Below are positions 19,712 through 28,434 of a stretch of DNA of 55,617 nucleotides, in pieces. Source of the DNA: a virus (lineage: Duplodnaviria > Caudoviricetes). Position numbers and translations under genes: made by a program. The notes under the pieces were generated by a model. That model saw nothing but the letters and a program-made list of their open reading frames with translations. It was not told the origin of the DNA and did not search any database. Each line of letters starts with the position of its first letter. Within the stretch, counting starts at the first letter, position 1. The stretch spans positions 1 through 55,617 of the IMG/VR virus record IMGVR_UViG_3300024231_000789, one strand, 5' to 3'.

Positions 19712-20302
19712 TTAACTGTTAATAATGTGTTCGGCAATTGCCGCCCAATCGTCTAACCGAGTAATTCCATCTGCATGATCTTTATTATGTTCATGAGCAA
19801 TGAGAATTGATGTCAAGCCATACTTGAGACCACACTCTGCGTTTTCTACTTTGTCTTCGATCCAATACAAACCAGTACCGTCATACTTGACAAGTTCCTC
19901 ATCTTTATCAGCACCTGTATCCAAGCATACAACTTCATTAAAAACATTCTGTCCAAACAAGTTCTTTAGGTTACTAACCCGTAGCATTTGAGCTTTTTTG
20001 TCTAACGACAAACTTGTAATAGCAATGAATGTATAACCATGTTCTACAAGTTTTGCAACACCGCTACGTGCATCCCGCATTGCAGGAAGAAAGCCAACCC
20101 AGGCACTATCATTAAACTGTTTAACAAATGCTTTGCCTTCAGCTTTAGTGATTCCATAAAGTTCACCAATATCATATACACCAGGCTTTACGGCTGTCAT
20201 ACCTTGCTCTGTCATCCATTCTTGGAAAGCTAGTTCCCAATCAAGCACAACACCGTCACAGTCTGTGAGTATGACTTTGTCTTTTTTAGTAATATTTTTC
20301 AT
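19712..20302 (-). CDS. HAD-superfamily phosphatase/nucleotidase
   Basis: DCDGV motif I, ITS motif II, IEDK motif IV. Confidence 0.8.
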   Translation of the reverse strand: MKNITKKDKVILTDCDGVVLDWELAFQEWMTEQGMTAVKPGVYDIGELYGITKAEGKAFVKQFNDSAWVGFLPAMRDARSGVAKLVEHGYTFIAITSLSLDKKAQMLRVSNLKNLFGQNVFNEVVCLDTGADKDEELVKYDGTGLYWIEDKVENAECGLKYGLTSILIAHEHNKDHADGITRLDDWAAIAEHIINS

Positions 20303-20318
20303 TTTTTAATCCTTATTA

Positions 20319-20363
20319 TTTAACTTACTCTTATACTATAAAGCAAAGTGCATTGGTTGTCAA
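20319..20363 (-). promoter_or_regulatory. Repeated 45-bp early promoter cassette, copy 1
   Basis: TTGACAACCAATGCACTTTGCTTTATAGTATAAGAGTAAGTTAAA. Confidence 0.8.
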
Positions 20364-20393
20364 GCCTTTTTTTTTATATTTTTTAAGAAAGGT

Positions 20394-20428
20394 GAAACCC
20401 ACAGCACGGTTAGTACACTGTGGGTTTC
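20394..20428 (-). terminator. Hairpin, probable terminator
   Basis: GAAACCCACAG...CTGTGGGTTTC 11-bp stem downstream of the 20474..21196 gene. Confidence 0.6.
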
Positions 20429-20473
20429 GGTGTAAGTTGCACAAACATAAGGGAGTCTAACCGTTGTACCTCT

Positions 20474-21196
20474 TTAAATTCCTAGTAATGGATCAAAGTG
20501 TCCAAAACCAAATCGTCTTTCATGGCAGAACCAACAATCTCCACAATGCTTAGTAAAGTCCATTGTAGTATGTTCACAACTACGAGTGATTGGAAATAAT
20601 TCTTCTCGCATATTATAGTAGTCGTATATTTCAGCTACTGCCTTTTTATTAATTAATGTAAACGGTCTGTTAAACCTAAATACACCTGGTTCAAATTCTA
20701 TCTCTTTAACAGGATAGCGATCAGCAAAATCTAAATCTCTTTCTGGTGGACGGTGCTCTACCATATCCTCATAGCCTTCTGGGGTATCTTCATATTCTTG
20801 AAGTTCTTCTACACTAGGATTGGCTGTTATGCCCATAAATTGTATAGTATGTTCATCTTCAAGTAATGGAAGATTCATTACCTCCATGTCTACATCGTAA
20901 TGTTCACCACCCCTATTATCATTCTTTACATGTTCATAATTACCTAAACTATAATGACGTTCAACTACTTCCATAACTTTTTGAGCAAACTCAAATTGAT
21001 AAGGTCTTCCTGCATGATTAGAACTTGTAATAATAAACTCAATATCCGGATTATATTCTGTTCTATATTTTGCAAGCATGAATAATAAAATTGCACTATC
21101 TGCTCCGCCTGATAACTTTACAAGTACCCTACGTTTTCCTTGAATATTAATTTCTACATCGCCTTGACTAGTAGGCACAAGCATGGATTGGTTCAT
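20474..21196 (-). CDS. QueC-like PP-loop ATP pyrophosphatase
   Basis: LSGGADS PP-loop; TRSC...HCGDCWFCHER Zn motif. Confidence 0.75.
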   Translation of the reverse strand: MNQSMLVPTSQGDVEINIQGKRRVLVKLSGGADSAILLFMLAKYRTEYNPDIEFIITSSNHAGRPYQFEFAQKVMEVVERHYSLGNYEHVKNDNRGGEHYDVDMEVMNLPLLEDEHTIQFMGITANPSVEELQEYEDTPEGYEDMVEHRPPERDLDFADRYPVKEIEFEPGVFRFNRPFTLINKKAVAEIYDYYNMREELFPITRSCEHTTMDFTKHCGDCWFCHERRFGFGHFDPLLGI

Positions 21197-21378
21197 TTTT
21201 TCTTAGCCTTTGGCTTTGCTTTCCTACGTCCCCATTGTCCAACTTGTAAGTCTTCTGTTCGTGCATTGGGGGCGCATTGTGTAATCTTACCACCATTAGC
21301 TAAGTATTCTTTTACAGCATCACTTATCTCTTTGGCTTCTAATTCTTCTTCTTCATTCTTTAGTTTTTTATTAATCAT
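21193..21378 (-). CDS. Small hypothetical protein
   Basis: EYLANGGKITQC motif; GAGG RBS; TTGACA promoter upstream. Confidence 0.65.
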   Translation of the reverse strand: MINKKLKNEEEELEAKEISDAVKEYLANGGKITQCAPNARTEDLQVGQWGRRKAKPKAKKK

Positions 21379-21456
21379 TTATTCCTCTTATGCTTTGTGT
21401 TTACTATATGAATATAGCACACCATGACATAGTATGTCAACATTTATTTTGAATAT

Positions 21457-21675
21457 TTATACATAATTTTCTGCTTCATATTGAACAACCTGTACATAGC
21501 GGCCACCATTATATTTTTTTCGCCATATTTCAGCATAGCTTTCAGCTTCGTTTTCTGATTCAAACAACACAGGATCTAAATCCCAACAGTTGCCACCACC
21601 TATGCCACTATCTTGTGTAACATAGATCCAGTCATCTACTGAGAGATTTATTTTTACTGCATACTTTTTTTTCAT
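21457..21675 (-). CDS. Hypothetical protein
   Basis: 72 aa; TAATG coupling to the upstream gene. Confidence 0.55.
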   Translation of the reverse strand: MKKKYAVKINLSVDDWIYVTQDSGIGGGNCWDLDPVLFESENEAESYAEIWRKKYNGGRYVQVVQYEAENYV

Positions 21676-22055
21676 TATCGTCTCATACTTGCAATATCTT
21701 TTGCATCTTCTTTTTTATCAGCAAAGATAGGTACCATGTTTGATTTGTGCATTGTAGCGATACCAAGTAACTGGCGTTCACCACTGTATGTGTTGCCTTC
21801 ACGAGCAGGACCATGTCCGCATACTTTATCGCTTGTAGGCAAATTTGGACGGTTCTCTGCATAATCAGGAATATCTAATGTCTTGATATCACCACGTTTT
21901 GCTTTCCTTGCAGCTATTTGGTCAGGATGCACACCTTGTTTGCGTAACCATTTTTCATGTTCGGCTTGTGCTTTTGCTACTTTAGCATTAGGTTTTTTCT
22001 GTTTACGATTATATTTTGTTGTGGTCATATAAGGACCAACTAAATGCATAGTCAT
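21675..22055 (-). CDS. Conserved phage hypothetical protein
   Basis: MTMHLVGP...IATMHKSNMVPIF; GGAGG before the ATG at 22055. Confidence 0.7.
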   Translation of the reverse strand: MTMHLVGPYMTTTKYNRKQKKPNAKVAKAQAEHEKWLRKQGVHPDQIAARKAKRGDIKTLDIPDYAENRPNLPTSDKVCGHGPAREGNTYSGERQLLGIATMHKSNMVPIFADKKEDAKDIASMRR

Positions 22056-22252
22056 TGTGCCGCCTCCAAATTCTCTTCTACTTCTGAGTATATTTGTTTT
22101 AGTAGCGTTTGCAAGCATTTAGCCATTTTGAGTTGTTCTGGATTTAGACTAGCAATAAAATCTGAACATTCTTTTTGAGATTGTAATTCTTGCATATGCT
22201 CTAACATTACGATTTGCATATAAGTTAGACCATCTATTTCATATGTTTGCAT
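22052..22252 (-). CDS. Hypothetical protein
   Basis: GGAG RBS; TTGACA-17-TAAACT upstream. Confidence 0.55.
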   Translation of the reverse strand: MQTYEIDGLTYMQIVMLEHMQELQSQKECSDFIASLNPEQLKMAKCLQTLLKQIYSEVEENLEAAQ

Positions 22253-22302
22253 TTTACGCTCCGTAGTAAATTGATTATCCTTACAGTTTAGCGTAAATTT
22301 TA

Positions 22303-22680
22303 TTATTTGTCAATAGAAATTTCGTTTAGTCCAAATTCTCGGTCTAAGTATTTGTATTCTACCTTTACTGGATCCCATGCTTTTATATGTTCTATAACAG
22401 CGTTGGGGTCAAAAGGTCCACATGTATATACATCTAATTGTATTAATGCTGGATCTGGTTCGTTCCATACATGGCATGCCATGTGCGATGTTTCAATAAC
22501 CACCGCACATGTTGGGCCTTTGTTGCCCTTTATTGTAGTGATGTCAGCACTAATAGGACCAGCAAGAATCTTCATGCCAATCTTATCTACTAATGTTTTC
22601 ATCCACTCTTTGAGATCATGTTCATTAGGTGGATCATTTGCTTCAATTCGCAAAATGATATGCTTGTGAACTATCTCCAT
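22303..22680 (-). CDS. S-adenosylmethionine decarboxylase proenzyme (SpeD/SpeH-like)
   Basis: IETSHMACHVW self-cleavage motif and DVYTCG. Confidence 0.8.
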   Translation of the reverse strand: MEIVHKHIILRIEANDPPNEHDLKEWMKTLVDKIGMKILAGPISADITTIKGNKGPTCAVVIETSHMACHVWNEPDPALIQLDVYTCGPFDPNAVIEHIKAWDPVKVEYKYLDREFGLNEISIDK

Positions 22681-22689
22681 AGGTATAGC

Positions 22690-22851
22690 TTATTCTGATT
22701 TCCAGAATGTCCACAGACCGTATGCAATAGCTGCATATGCAGCCCATACCATTAGTCCTTGAAACATAAGTGCTATTACACCCATTGCAATAAGAGCTAC
22801 GCCATCCCAAGATGTACGTTCTCCGCTTCTACTTTTTATCCAATTAAACAT
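22690..22851 (-). CDS. Small membrane protein (53 aa, not in the ORF track)
   Basis: MFNWIKSRSGERTSWDG followed by two hydrophobic helices; GGGAG RBS. Confidence 0.7.
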   Translation of the reverse strand: MFNWIKSRSGERTSWDGVALIAMGVIALMFQGLMVWAAYAAIAYGLWTFWKSE

Positions 22852-22852
22852 T

Positions 22853-23050
22853 TTATTCTCCCTTCGTATATGGCTCTGTATCTGTTGAGATTTTATGAGC
22901 CATTGATTGAATTTCGTTAATTAAATTGTCGACATGATCATCACGTTCTTGTGTTTTTACATATCCCCCGTATTTAATAGAATGTAGCTGTTGAGCCTTT
23001 TTATGCATGATTTCTACAAGATAAATCATATCTGATATTTTATGTAGCAT
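22853..23050 (-). CDS. Hypothetical protein
   Basis: 65 aa in an operon. Confidence 0.55.
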   Translation of the reverse strand: MLHKISDMIYLVEIMHKKAQQLHSIKYGGYVKTQERDDHVDNLINEIQSMAHKISTDTEPYTKGE

Positions 23051-23058
23051 AATAGTAC

Positions 23059-23604
23059 CTAAAATTGCTTCAAAATGTACTCTGGATCAGTTACAGTATA
23101 TGGGTCAGTATCACGCTCTGGATCATTATCAAATGCACATTTCATACGCCCTGGTTCTTCAAAGAATTGCATAATTAAACCATCATCTACAATCATAGCA
23201 TAACGCCAACTACGGCATCCAAAACCACGAGCAGTAAAACATGATAGCATGTCTAATCCTTCTGTAAACTCTCCGTTTCCATCTGGCAGAACTTTAACAT
23301 TTTCAAGTCCTTGATCTGCCGCCCATTTGTTCATAACAAATGAATCATTTACACTCACGCAATAGATATCGTCAATATCTTTGTCGTAAAATTCTTGTGC
23401 ATTGTTTTCGAATCCAGGTAATTGATATGTACTGCACGTTGGTGTAAATGCACCTGGTAGTGAAAATACTACTACACGCTTACCAGCAAAATAGTCTGAT
23501 GTAGTTTTATCTTCCCAACGGAAAGGATTATCTCCGCCAATAGATTCGTCTCTAACACGAATCCTAAAAGTACAATCTGGTACTTTTGTTCCTACTTTAC
23601 TCAT
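23059..23604 (-). CDS. Peroxiredoxin (Prx5/PRX-like)
   Basis: LPGAFTPTCS, SVNDSFVM, PDGNGEFT, RSWRYAM. Confidence 0.92.
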   Translation of the reverse strand: MSKVGTKVPDCTFRIRVRDESIGGDNPFRWEDKTTSDYFAGKRVVVFSLPGAFTPTCSTYQLPGFENNAQEFYDKDIDDIYCVSVNDSFVMNKWAADQGLENVKVLPDGNGEFTEGLDMLSCFTARGFGCRSWRYAMIVDDGLIMQFFEEPGRMKCAFDNDPERDTDPYTVTDPEYILKQF

Positions 23605-23621
23605 CTAGTTCTCCTTTTATT

Positions 23622-23698
23622 TGGTGGGACCGGTAGGACTCGAACCTACGGTCAACCCGTTATGAGCGGGGGGCTTTAACCAACTAAGCTACAGTCCC
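23622..23698 (-). tRNA. tRNA with CAT anticodon, probably tRNA-Ile2 (lysidine, reads AUA) rather than Met
   Basis: GGGACTGTAGCTTAGTTGGTTAAAGC...CCCGCTCATAACGGG...GGTTCGAGTCC...CCCACCA; paired 1:72; encoded CCA. Confidence 0.88.
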
Positions 23699-23709
23699 TA
23701 TATTCTTGT

Positions 23710-24072
23710 TTACTCGTGTTCGCCGTTATTAGCACGGCCATTATATTTTCGTCCTGATTTTAATAGTGTGTTCAAGGACTCTGGATTGCGTTCCGCTTGA
23801 CGGAAAGTTACCACTGTAATTGTAATTGCTGAAATCAACAACACATGAAATGTTGCACTAATACCAAAGGCCATAAAACTACCTACCATTAATGCAAAAA
23901 TACCACTCCAAATAAAAAACAAACATTGAAAAATCATATGCCCTACCATAGGGTCTAAATTACGTAGTGGTGATTTTTCTACTGTCATTACACTGTCCCA
24001 CATTTCACGTGGTATTTTAATTAATGACGAGATAGTTGTTGCCCAACCAATTGGCTTAGGTGTATTATTCAT
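23710..24072 (-). CDS. Membrane protein
   Basis: WDSVMT..SPLRNL followed by 2-3 TM segments. Confidence 0.65.
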   Translation of the reverse strand: MNNTPKPIGWATTISSLIKIPREMWDSVMTVEKSPLRNLDPMVGHMIFQCLFFIWSGIFALMVGSFMAFGISATFHVLLISAITITVVTFRQAERNPESLNTLLKSGRKYNGRANNGEHE

Positions 24073-24101
24073 AATATTTTTACCTTTCTAAATTGTTATT
24101 T

Positions 24102-24188
24102 TGGTGCTCGCACCCGGACTCGAACCGGGACGCTATCACTAGCGAGAGATTTTAAGTCTCTTGTGTCTACCTATTCCACCATGCGAGC
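24102..24188 (-). tRNA. tRNA-Leu(TAA)
   Basis: AGAGA-CTTAAAA-TCTCT anticodon arm, long variable arm, GGTTCGAGTCC, CCA. Confidence 0.95.
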
Positions 24189-24192
24189 GAAT

Positions 24193-24269
24193 TGGCCTTC
24201 ACTATAGGATTCGAACCTATGACCTACTGCTTAGAAGGCAGTTGCTCTATCCAGCTGAGCTAAGTGAAG
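24193..24269 (-). tRNA. tRNA-Arg(TCT)
   Basis: ACTGC-CTTCTAA-GCAGT anticodon arm, GGTTCGAATCC, CCA. Confidence 0.95.
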
Positions 24270-24270
24270 A

Positions 24271-24480
24271 TTAAAGTTCTAACAACCTCCTAATTTGTTG
24301 TTCCAACTCTAGTATTCTTTCAGTTAGTACACTAACAGTTGTACGCAGATGTCCAGTATCATGTGGAGCAAATCTGCTTTTAAGTTCTTCAATCTCTTTG
24401 GTTAATACTTCGATATGATTAGTAAGAGCCATAACGTCAAGCTCTACAAATGCATCTATATCGTTTCGATCAATAACCAT
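24271..24480 (-). CDS. Hypothetical coiled-coil protein
   Basis: 69 aa; TAATG coupling. Confidence 0.55.
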   Translation of the reverse strand: MVIDRNDIDAFVELDVMALTNHIEVLTKEIEELKSRFAPHDTGHLRTTVSVLTERILELEQQIRRLLEL

Positions 24481-24815
24481 TAGGCAGTTGCTTCCGCTAG
24501 TTGTTTAACTTGGTACGGATGCACGCCACCGCTTGCATAGTATAATTTAAGGATAATTAAGTCTACGTCAGACTCGCTGAGGTATCCAATAACATCGTCA
24601 CAGTATTTATCTTGATAATCATCATGGATACCTGGAAGTTTTGTCATAATACCTTGGCTATTAAAAATAGCAATTTCATACTTGCCTTGGCTGCCGCCAT
24701 AGGCTCCTGGACCGTTGATTACACTGAGTGTATAATCACCACACTGGATAAGGGCTTGTTTGCCCGAATCCGTTTGTGATTTGTCCAACATTTCATAGTC
24801 TTTAAGACTGAGCAT
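24480..24815 (-). CDS. Hypothetical early protein
   Basis: YGG..GKYEIAIF...DDVIGYL; TTGACA-17-TACATT promoter and GGAG RBS. Confidence 0.65.
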   Translation of the reverse strand: MLSLKDYEMLDKSQTDSGKQALIQCGDYTLSVINGPGAYGGSQGKYEIAIFNSQGIMTKLPGIHDDYQDKYCDDVIGYLSESDVDLIILKLYYASGGVHPYQVKQLAEATA

Positions 24816-24874
24816 ATTTAACTCCGTTGTTTAACTATATATAATGTACTTTATTTGTCAGGGGATGTCAAGCA

Positions 24875-25075
24875 TTATTTGCTAAAAAATTTATCAGCCT
24901 CCTCACGTGCTTTCTTATCAACATGTTGATAATTTCCACGAACTCTTGTCGCTAGACTAATGTCTTCCAATACTTCTATTTTTTCAATAACCCTACTTAA
25001 TGCCCTTTGAGCATCAGGTGTTTCTTTGGCTATTTGTTTGTTAATAATCTCTAAAACTTCTCTACTGGTAATCAT
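24875..25075 (-). CDS. Hypothetical protein
   Basis: GAGGAG RBS; TTGACA-17-TACTAT upstream. Confidence 0.6.
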   Translation of the reverse strand: MITSREVLEIINKQIAKETPDAQRALSRVIEKIEVLEDISLATRVRGNYQHVDKKAREEADKFFSK

Positions 25076-25187
25076 TTTTCTGCTCCTCTAGTTTAATGAT
25101 AGTAACACTTCTAACTTCTATTGTCAAGAATTTATATTAGTATGTAGCGTACTATTATAGACATAAACAACTATTATAAATAGTGAT

Positions 25188-26102
25188 ATGAAATATACAA
25201 AGTACCAACCAGAAGAAAATCCATTCATGTTCTTAGTCGCAGACATTACACACAAATGTAATATGACATGTAAAAATTGCTATATACCTAACAGAGATAT
25301 TCCAGATATGGACTTTAATAAATTTGTAGAATTTATTGATCGTCTACCTAGAAGGACAATGATTAGGCTTATTGGAGCAGAACCAACAATGAACAAACAA
25401 TTACCTGACTACATTCGTGCCTTAAAAGAACGTGGACATCGCCACGGACTACTAACTAACGGACTAAGATTTAGTCATCAGAGATATGTAGATATACTCA
25501 AAGAGGCTGGTCTAGACACAGTGTACATTAGTTTAAATGGTGTAGATAACGATGATTGGTATCAAGAGATTGATGAAATGCGTTGCAGTACCAAAAAATT
25601 AAAAGCTGTAGGAAACATTATCAATAGTGGTTTAAATATAGAGACTGGTACAATTATTGTTAAGGGTATTAATGAAGATGCTCCAGCTAGACTAAGTAAG
25701 TTATTATTTGAAACACATGATGTTAAAAATACACTTATAAGAATCAAAAATGTAGGACAAATTGGACGACATATGGATGAGGCAGTTAACTCATTTACTA
25801 TGGATGAACTGATTAAAATATGTGCTGACGGTTTTGGTATTAGCGAAGATTTTATTCATGAATATAAAAAATCAGGACGCAATCCACTTAATCACGAACC
25901 AAATACTTGTGTTTTTCCGTTAGATGGAGTTGGCAAAACTATGCTACGTGGAGCATGGGTTAAAATTACTAATTGGATTGTTGATGAAGATGATATAGGC
26001 GGCATGCCAGACCCTGGTAGTATAAGACGTGGCCGTATTACAGAGGACTGGATGTGCGCTCCGTTCTTTGAAGATGTAAAAGCAAATGAATTCGGATATT
26101 AG
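25188..26102 (+). CDS. Radical SAM protein
   Basis: CNMTCKNC, IGAEPT, LTNG. Confidence 0.9.
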   Translation: MKYTKYQPEENPFMFLVADITHKCNMTCKNCYIPNRDIPDMDFNKFVEFIDRLPRRTMIRLIGAEPTMNKQLPDYIRALKERGHRHGLLTNGLRFSHQRYVDILKEAGLDTVYISLNGVDNDDWYQEIDEMRCSTKKLKAVGNIINSGLNIETGTIIVKGINEDAPARLSKLLFETHDVKNTLIRIKNVGQIGRHMDEAVNSFTMDELIKICADGFGISEDFIHEYKKSGRNPLNHEPNTCVFPLDGVGKTMLRGAWVKITNWIVDEDDIGGMPDPGSIRRGRITEDWMCAPFFEDVKANEFGY

Positions 26103-26110
26103 GAGTTAAA

Positions 26111-26356
26111 ATGGATATCGTAACACAAACAATAATTGACGTCATAAAAGATCTACAGGATGTAGAAATATCTTATGATGATGTACATGCAGGTAAACAA
26201 ATAGCAGACTTTGGTCTAGACAGTATAGATAGTATAGAACTATTATTAGAGTTAGAAGATAGATTTGATGGCATGGACTTACCTGATTTTGATAATGCAG
26301 AGCTTGCTAATTTGAAAGAAGTATGGCAGTATCTTACAGATAATTTACCTAGCTAA
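26111..26356 (+). CDS. Acyl carrier protein
   Basis: Acidic 81 aa; FGLDSIDSIELLLELEDRF phosphopantetheine motif; AGGAG RBS. Confidence 0.88.
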   Translation: MDIVTQTIIDVIKDLQDVEISYDDVHAGKQIADFGLDSIDSIELLLELEDRFDGMDLPDFDNAELANLKEVWQYLTDNLPS

Positions 26357-26914
26357 ATCATAACACCCAACTAATGCAAGTCTGGTTGCATCGCTTGTAC
26401 TATATACAGCATGCGGCCAACTAGTATTCAAAAATACTACTTCCCCTATCTTAGGTATATAAGCATGTAGATCTTTTCTAGATTTTACTACAATTTCCTG
26501 TGAGCCTTGTATTACACAAGTAAATCGTTCTTTAACTGGGTCATCAATATGAAAGTCAATCATACCGTTTGGATTCATTATAGCTAATTTGAGATTATAA
26601 ACATGACTACCCAGCACATCTTGTAAATTGTCTACAACAGATTGCATATTATATTTTGTAATATTAAAATCAATACTACTTGATGGGTTTGGTTGGCTTC
26701 CTTGCAGCAAATAGTGTGTAATTTTAAAATCACTATTCAATTGTATTCCACTTTCAGCTCTTAGATCTTTTGTAACACCACTTTCATCTCCCAGGTGTTC
26801 CATTGCAAATAAAGAGAATGCCTTAATTTTAGCAATTTGCCCATCCTCTATAAAGCCATAAGATTTAAAAGCAGGTAGATTACGTCTATTTTTCGCCAAC
26901 TTGATTTTGTCCAT
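26345..26914 (-). CDS. 2OG-Fe(II) oxygenase, Asp/Asn beta-hydroxylase-like
   Basis: HID...FLNTSWPHAV...R; start taken as the ATG at 26914. Confidence 0.7.
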   Translation of the reverse strand: MDKIKLAKNRRNLPAFKSYGFIEDGQIAKIKAFSLFAMEHLGDESGVTKDLRAESGIQLNSDFKITHYLLQGSQPNPSSSIDFNITKYNMQSVVDNLQDVLGSHVYNLKLAIMNPNGMIDFHIDDPVKERFTCVIQGSQEIVVKSRKDLHAYIPKIGEVVFLNTSWPHAVYSTSDATRLALVGCYDLAR

Positions 26915-26929
26915 ATAAATATTTATATG
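26912..26929. promoter_or_regulatory. Palindromic bidirectional late promoter containing both start codons
   Basis: CATATAAATATTTATATG is a perfect 18-bp palindrome. Confidence 0.7.
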
Positions 26930-27958
26930 CAAAAATTTCCAATACAATTTAGACTAGACGGAGAAGAAACTCCATACTGTAAAGAGCTACTGAGCAAAAC
27001 TTGGTACTTAGATAATTTAGATGATGCTAGAAGATTATACGAAATAAGATGCCTACAGGCACTTATAGGCGTAGATACAGAATCATTTGCACACAAATAT
27101 TTTATGCACAGTATAGACAAATTCGATGAACTAGCAAACTTAAAAGACTACTTTGATGAGAAAGAGTTTTACGAGAAACAACCAGATTTAAAACAATATT
27201 ATAAAGGCGATGTCCTTTCAAAGGATAATAATAGCAATAAAACTATAGTTGTTTTAAGCCACAGAGGACATTGGGCATATAGCCTTTACAATAACACGAG
27301 TCTAGAAAATTATAGGCATCCTGAATATCATTATCTAACTAAAAATGAAGATTATAACTACATTAGTTTCTTTGAAGATGAAACTAGAAGTTATCCTAAT
27401 CCAATATTAGAGCCAAGTAGCTTTTACAAAGGAGTTAATAATGGGGATTTAGATAGTTTACAAAAGATGGCAGATTTTGTTAAAGAAAAATATCCTGATA
27501 CAGAATACTATGTAGTAAGCGATTGTAAGGCAGGACACAGTTCTTGTATACTTGCAGAATATTTAAGTGCCAAAAAGGTATTTGTGTCGTCGCCTGTGAC
27601 TTTTTTAGACGCTGTAGAATTATGGGATTATTTAGAAATAGATGGATGTGTTAGTACAAAGTGTCTTATGGATATAAATTTTATAATGTATATAAGAGCT
27701 GTTCTTTATCAAGATAATTTTCTAACACACCAATGCAATATCAATTCAATTGCAAAATTTAATCCAGACATAGATTTTAATATCAATGGTGTTAGGGGAG
27801 ACTTTTTAATTTCCTCACATATTAGAAATATTGATGAAACACTTCCAAATGTTCAATTAAATTTAGTGAGCAGTAATAAGTGGATACATAACAATCATCA
27901 TATGTTAGGTTGGGTACGTAAACAAAATCTTATTGAGGATTACTTTTCAGAAAAATAG
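26927..27958 (+). CDS. Hypothetical protein (possible alpha/beta-hydrolase-like fold)
   Basis: 343 aa; YYVVSDCKAGHSS may be a nucleophile elbow; C-terminal HH. Confidence 0.5.
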   Translation: MQKFPIQFRLDGEETPYCKELLSKTWYLDNLDDARRLYEIRCLQALIGVDTESFAHKYFMHSIDKFDELANLKDYFDEKEFYEKQPDLKQYYKGDVLSKDNNSNKTIVVLSHRGHWAYSLYNNTSLENYRHPEYHYLTKNEDYNYISFFEDETRSYPNPILEPSSFYKGVNNGDLDSLQKMADFVKEKYPDTEYYVVSDCKAGHSSCILAEYLSAKKVFVSSPVTFLDAVELWDYLEIDGCVSTKCLMDINFIMYIRAVLYQDNFLTHQCNINSIAKFNPDIDFNINGVRGDFLISSHIRNIDETLPNVQLNLVSSNKWIHNNHHMLGWVRKQNLIEDYFSEK

Positions 27959-27978
27959 CGGAAGTTTCCTTCCGCTAT
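27955..27978. terminator. Terminator between convergent genes
   Basis: ATAGCGGAAG-TTTC-CTTCCGCTAT. Confidence 0.75.
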
Positions 27979-27989
27979 AATTATTCTGT

Positions 27990-28349
27990 TTAGAAGCTGT
28001 AAGTTACACCAACTTTCACATCACCACGAGCTTCCGCTTCTAGGTCATATGAAACTGTACCATATAGTTCTAATGTGTCAGTTAGATCATACTCTGCACC
28101 TAAGTCAATAGTTGGTAGTACATCTAGTGTATCACTAATTACAAAACCATCATTGTATAGGTTTAGGATAGATGAAGCTGATAGCTCTAGCTGATCCTGA
28201 GTCCATGTTAATTCTGGTGTTACCTTCGCGGTAGTAATTGATTGGTCTACGTTACGTTCTGCATTTAGCTCTCCGCCAAGGTCAAATTGTCCCGCCATGG
28301 CTGTAGAAGCCATAAAAAAAGCCGCTAGGGCCGTTGTCGTTAGTCTCAT
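27990..28349 (-). CDS. Small outer-membrane beta-barrel-like protein
   Basis: Signal peptide (AMA|G), alternating beta-strand pattern, C-terminal GVTYSF. Confidence 0.65.
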   Translation of the reverse strand: MRLTTTALAAFFMASTAMAGQFDLGGELNAERNVDQSITTAKVTPELTWTQDQLELSASSILNLYNDGFVISDTLDVLPTIDLGAEYDLTDTLELYGTVSYDLEAEARGDVKVGVTYSF

Positions 28350-28434
28350 TTTGAGTTCCTTCTTCTTCGTCGTTCATGTTGTCTTCGTAGCAACAAACTG
28401 CTCGTTGCCTCTAATTATTATTATTTTATCGAAA

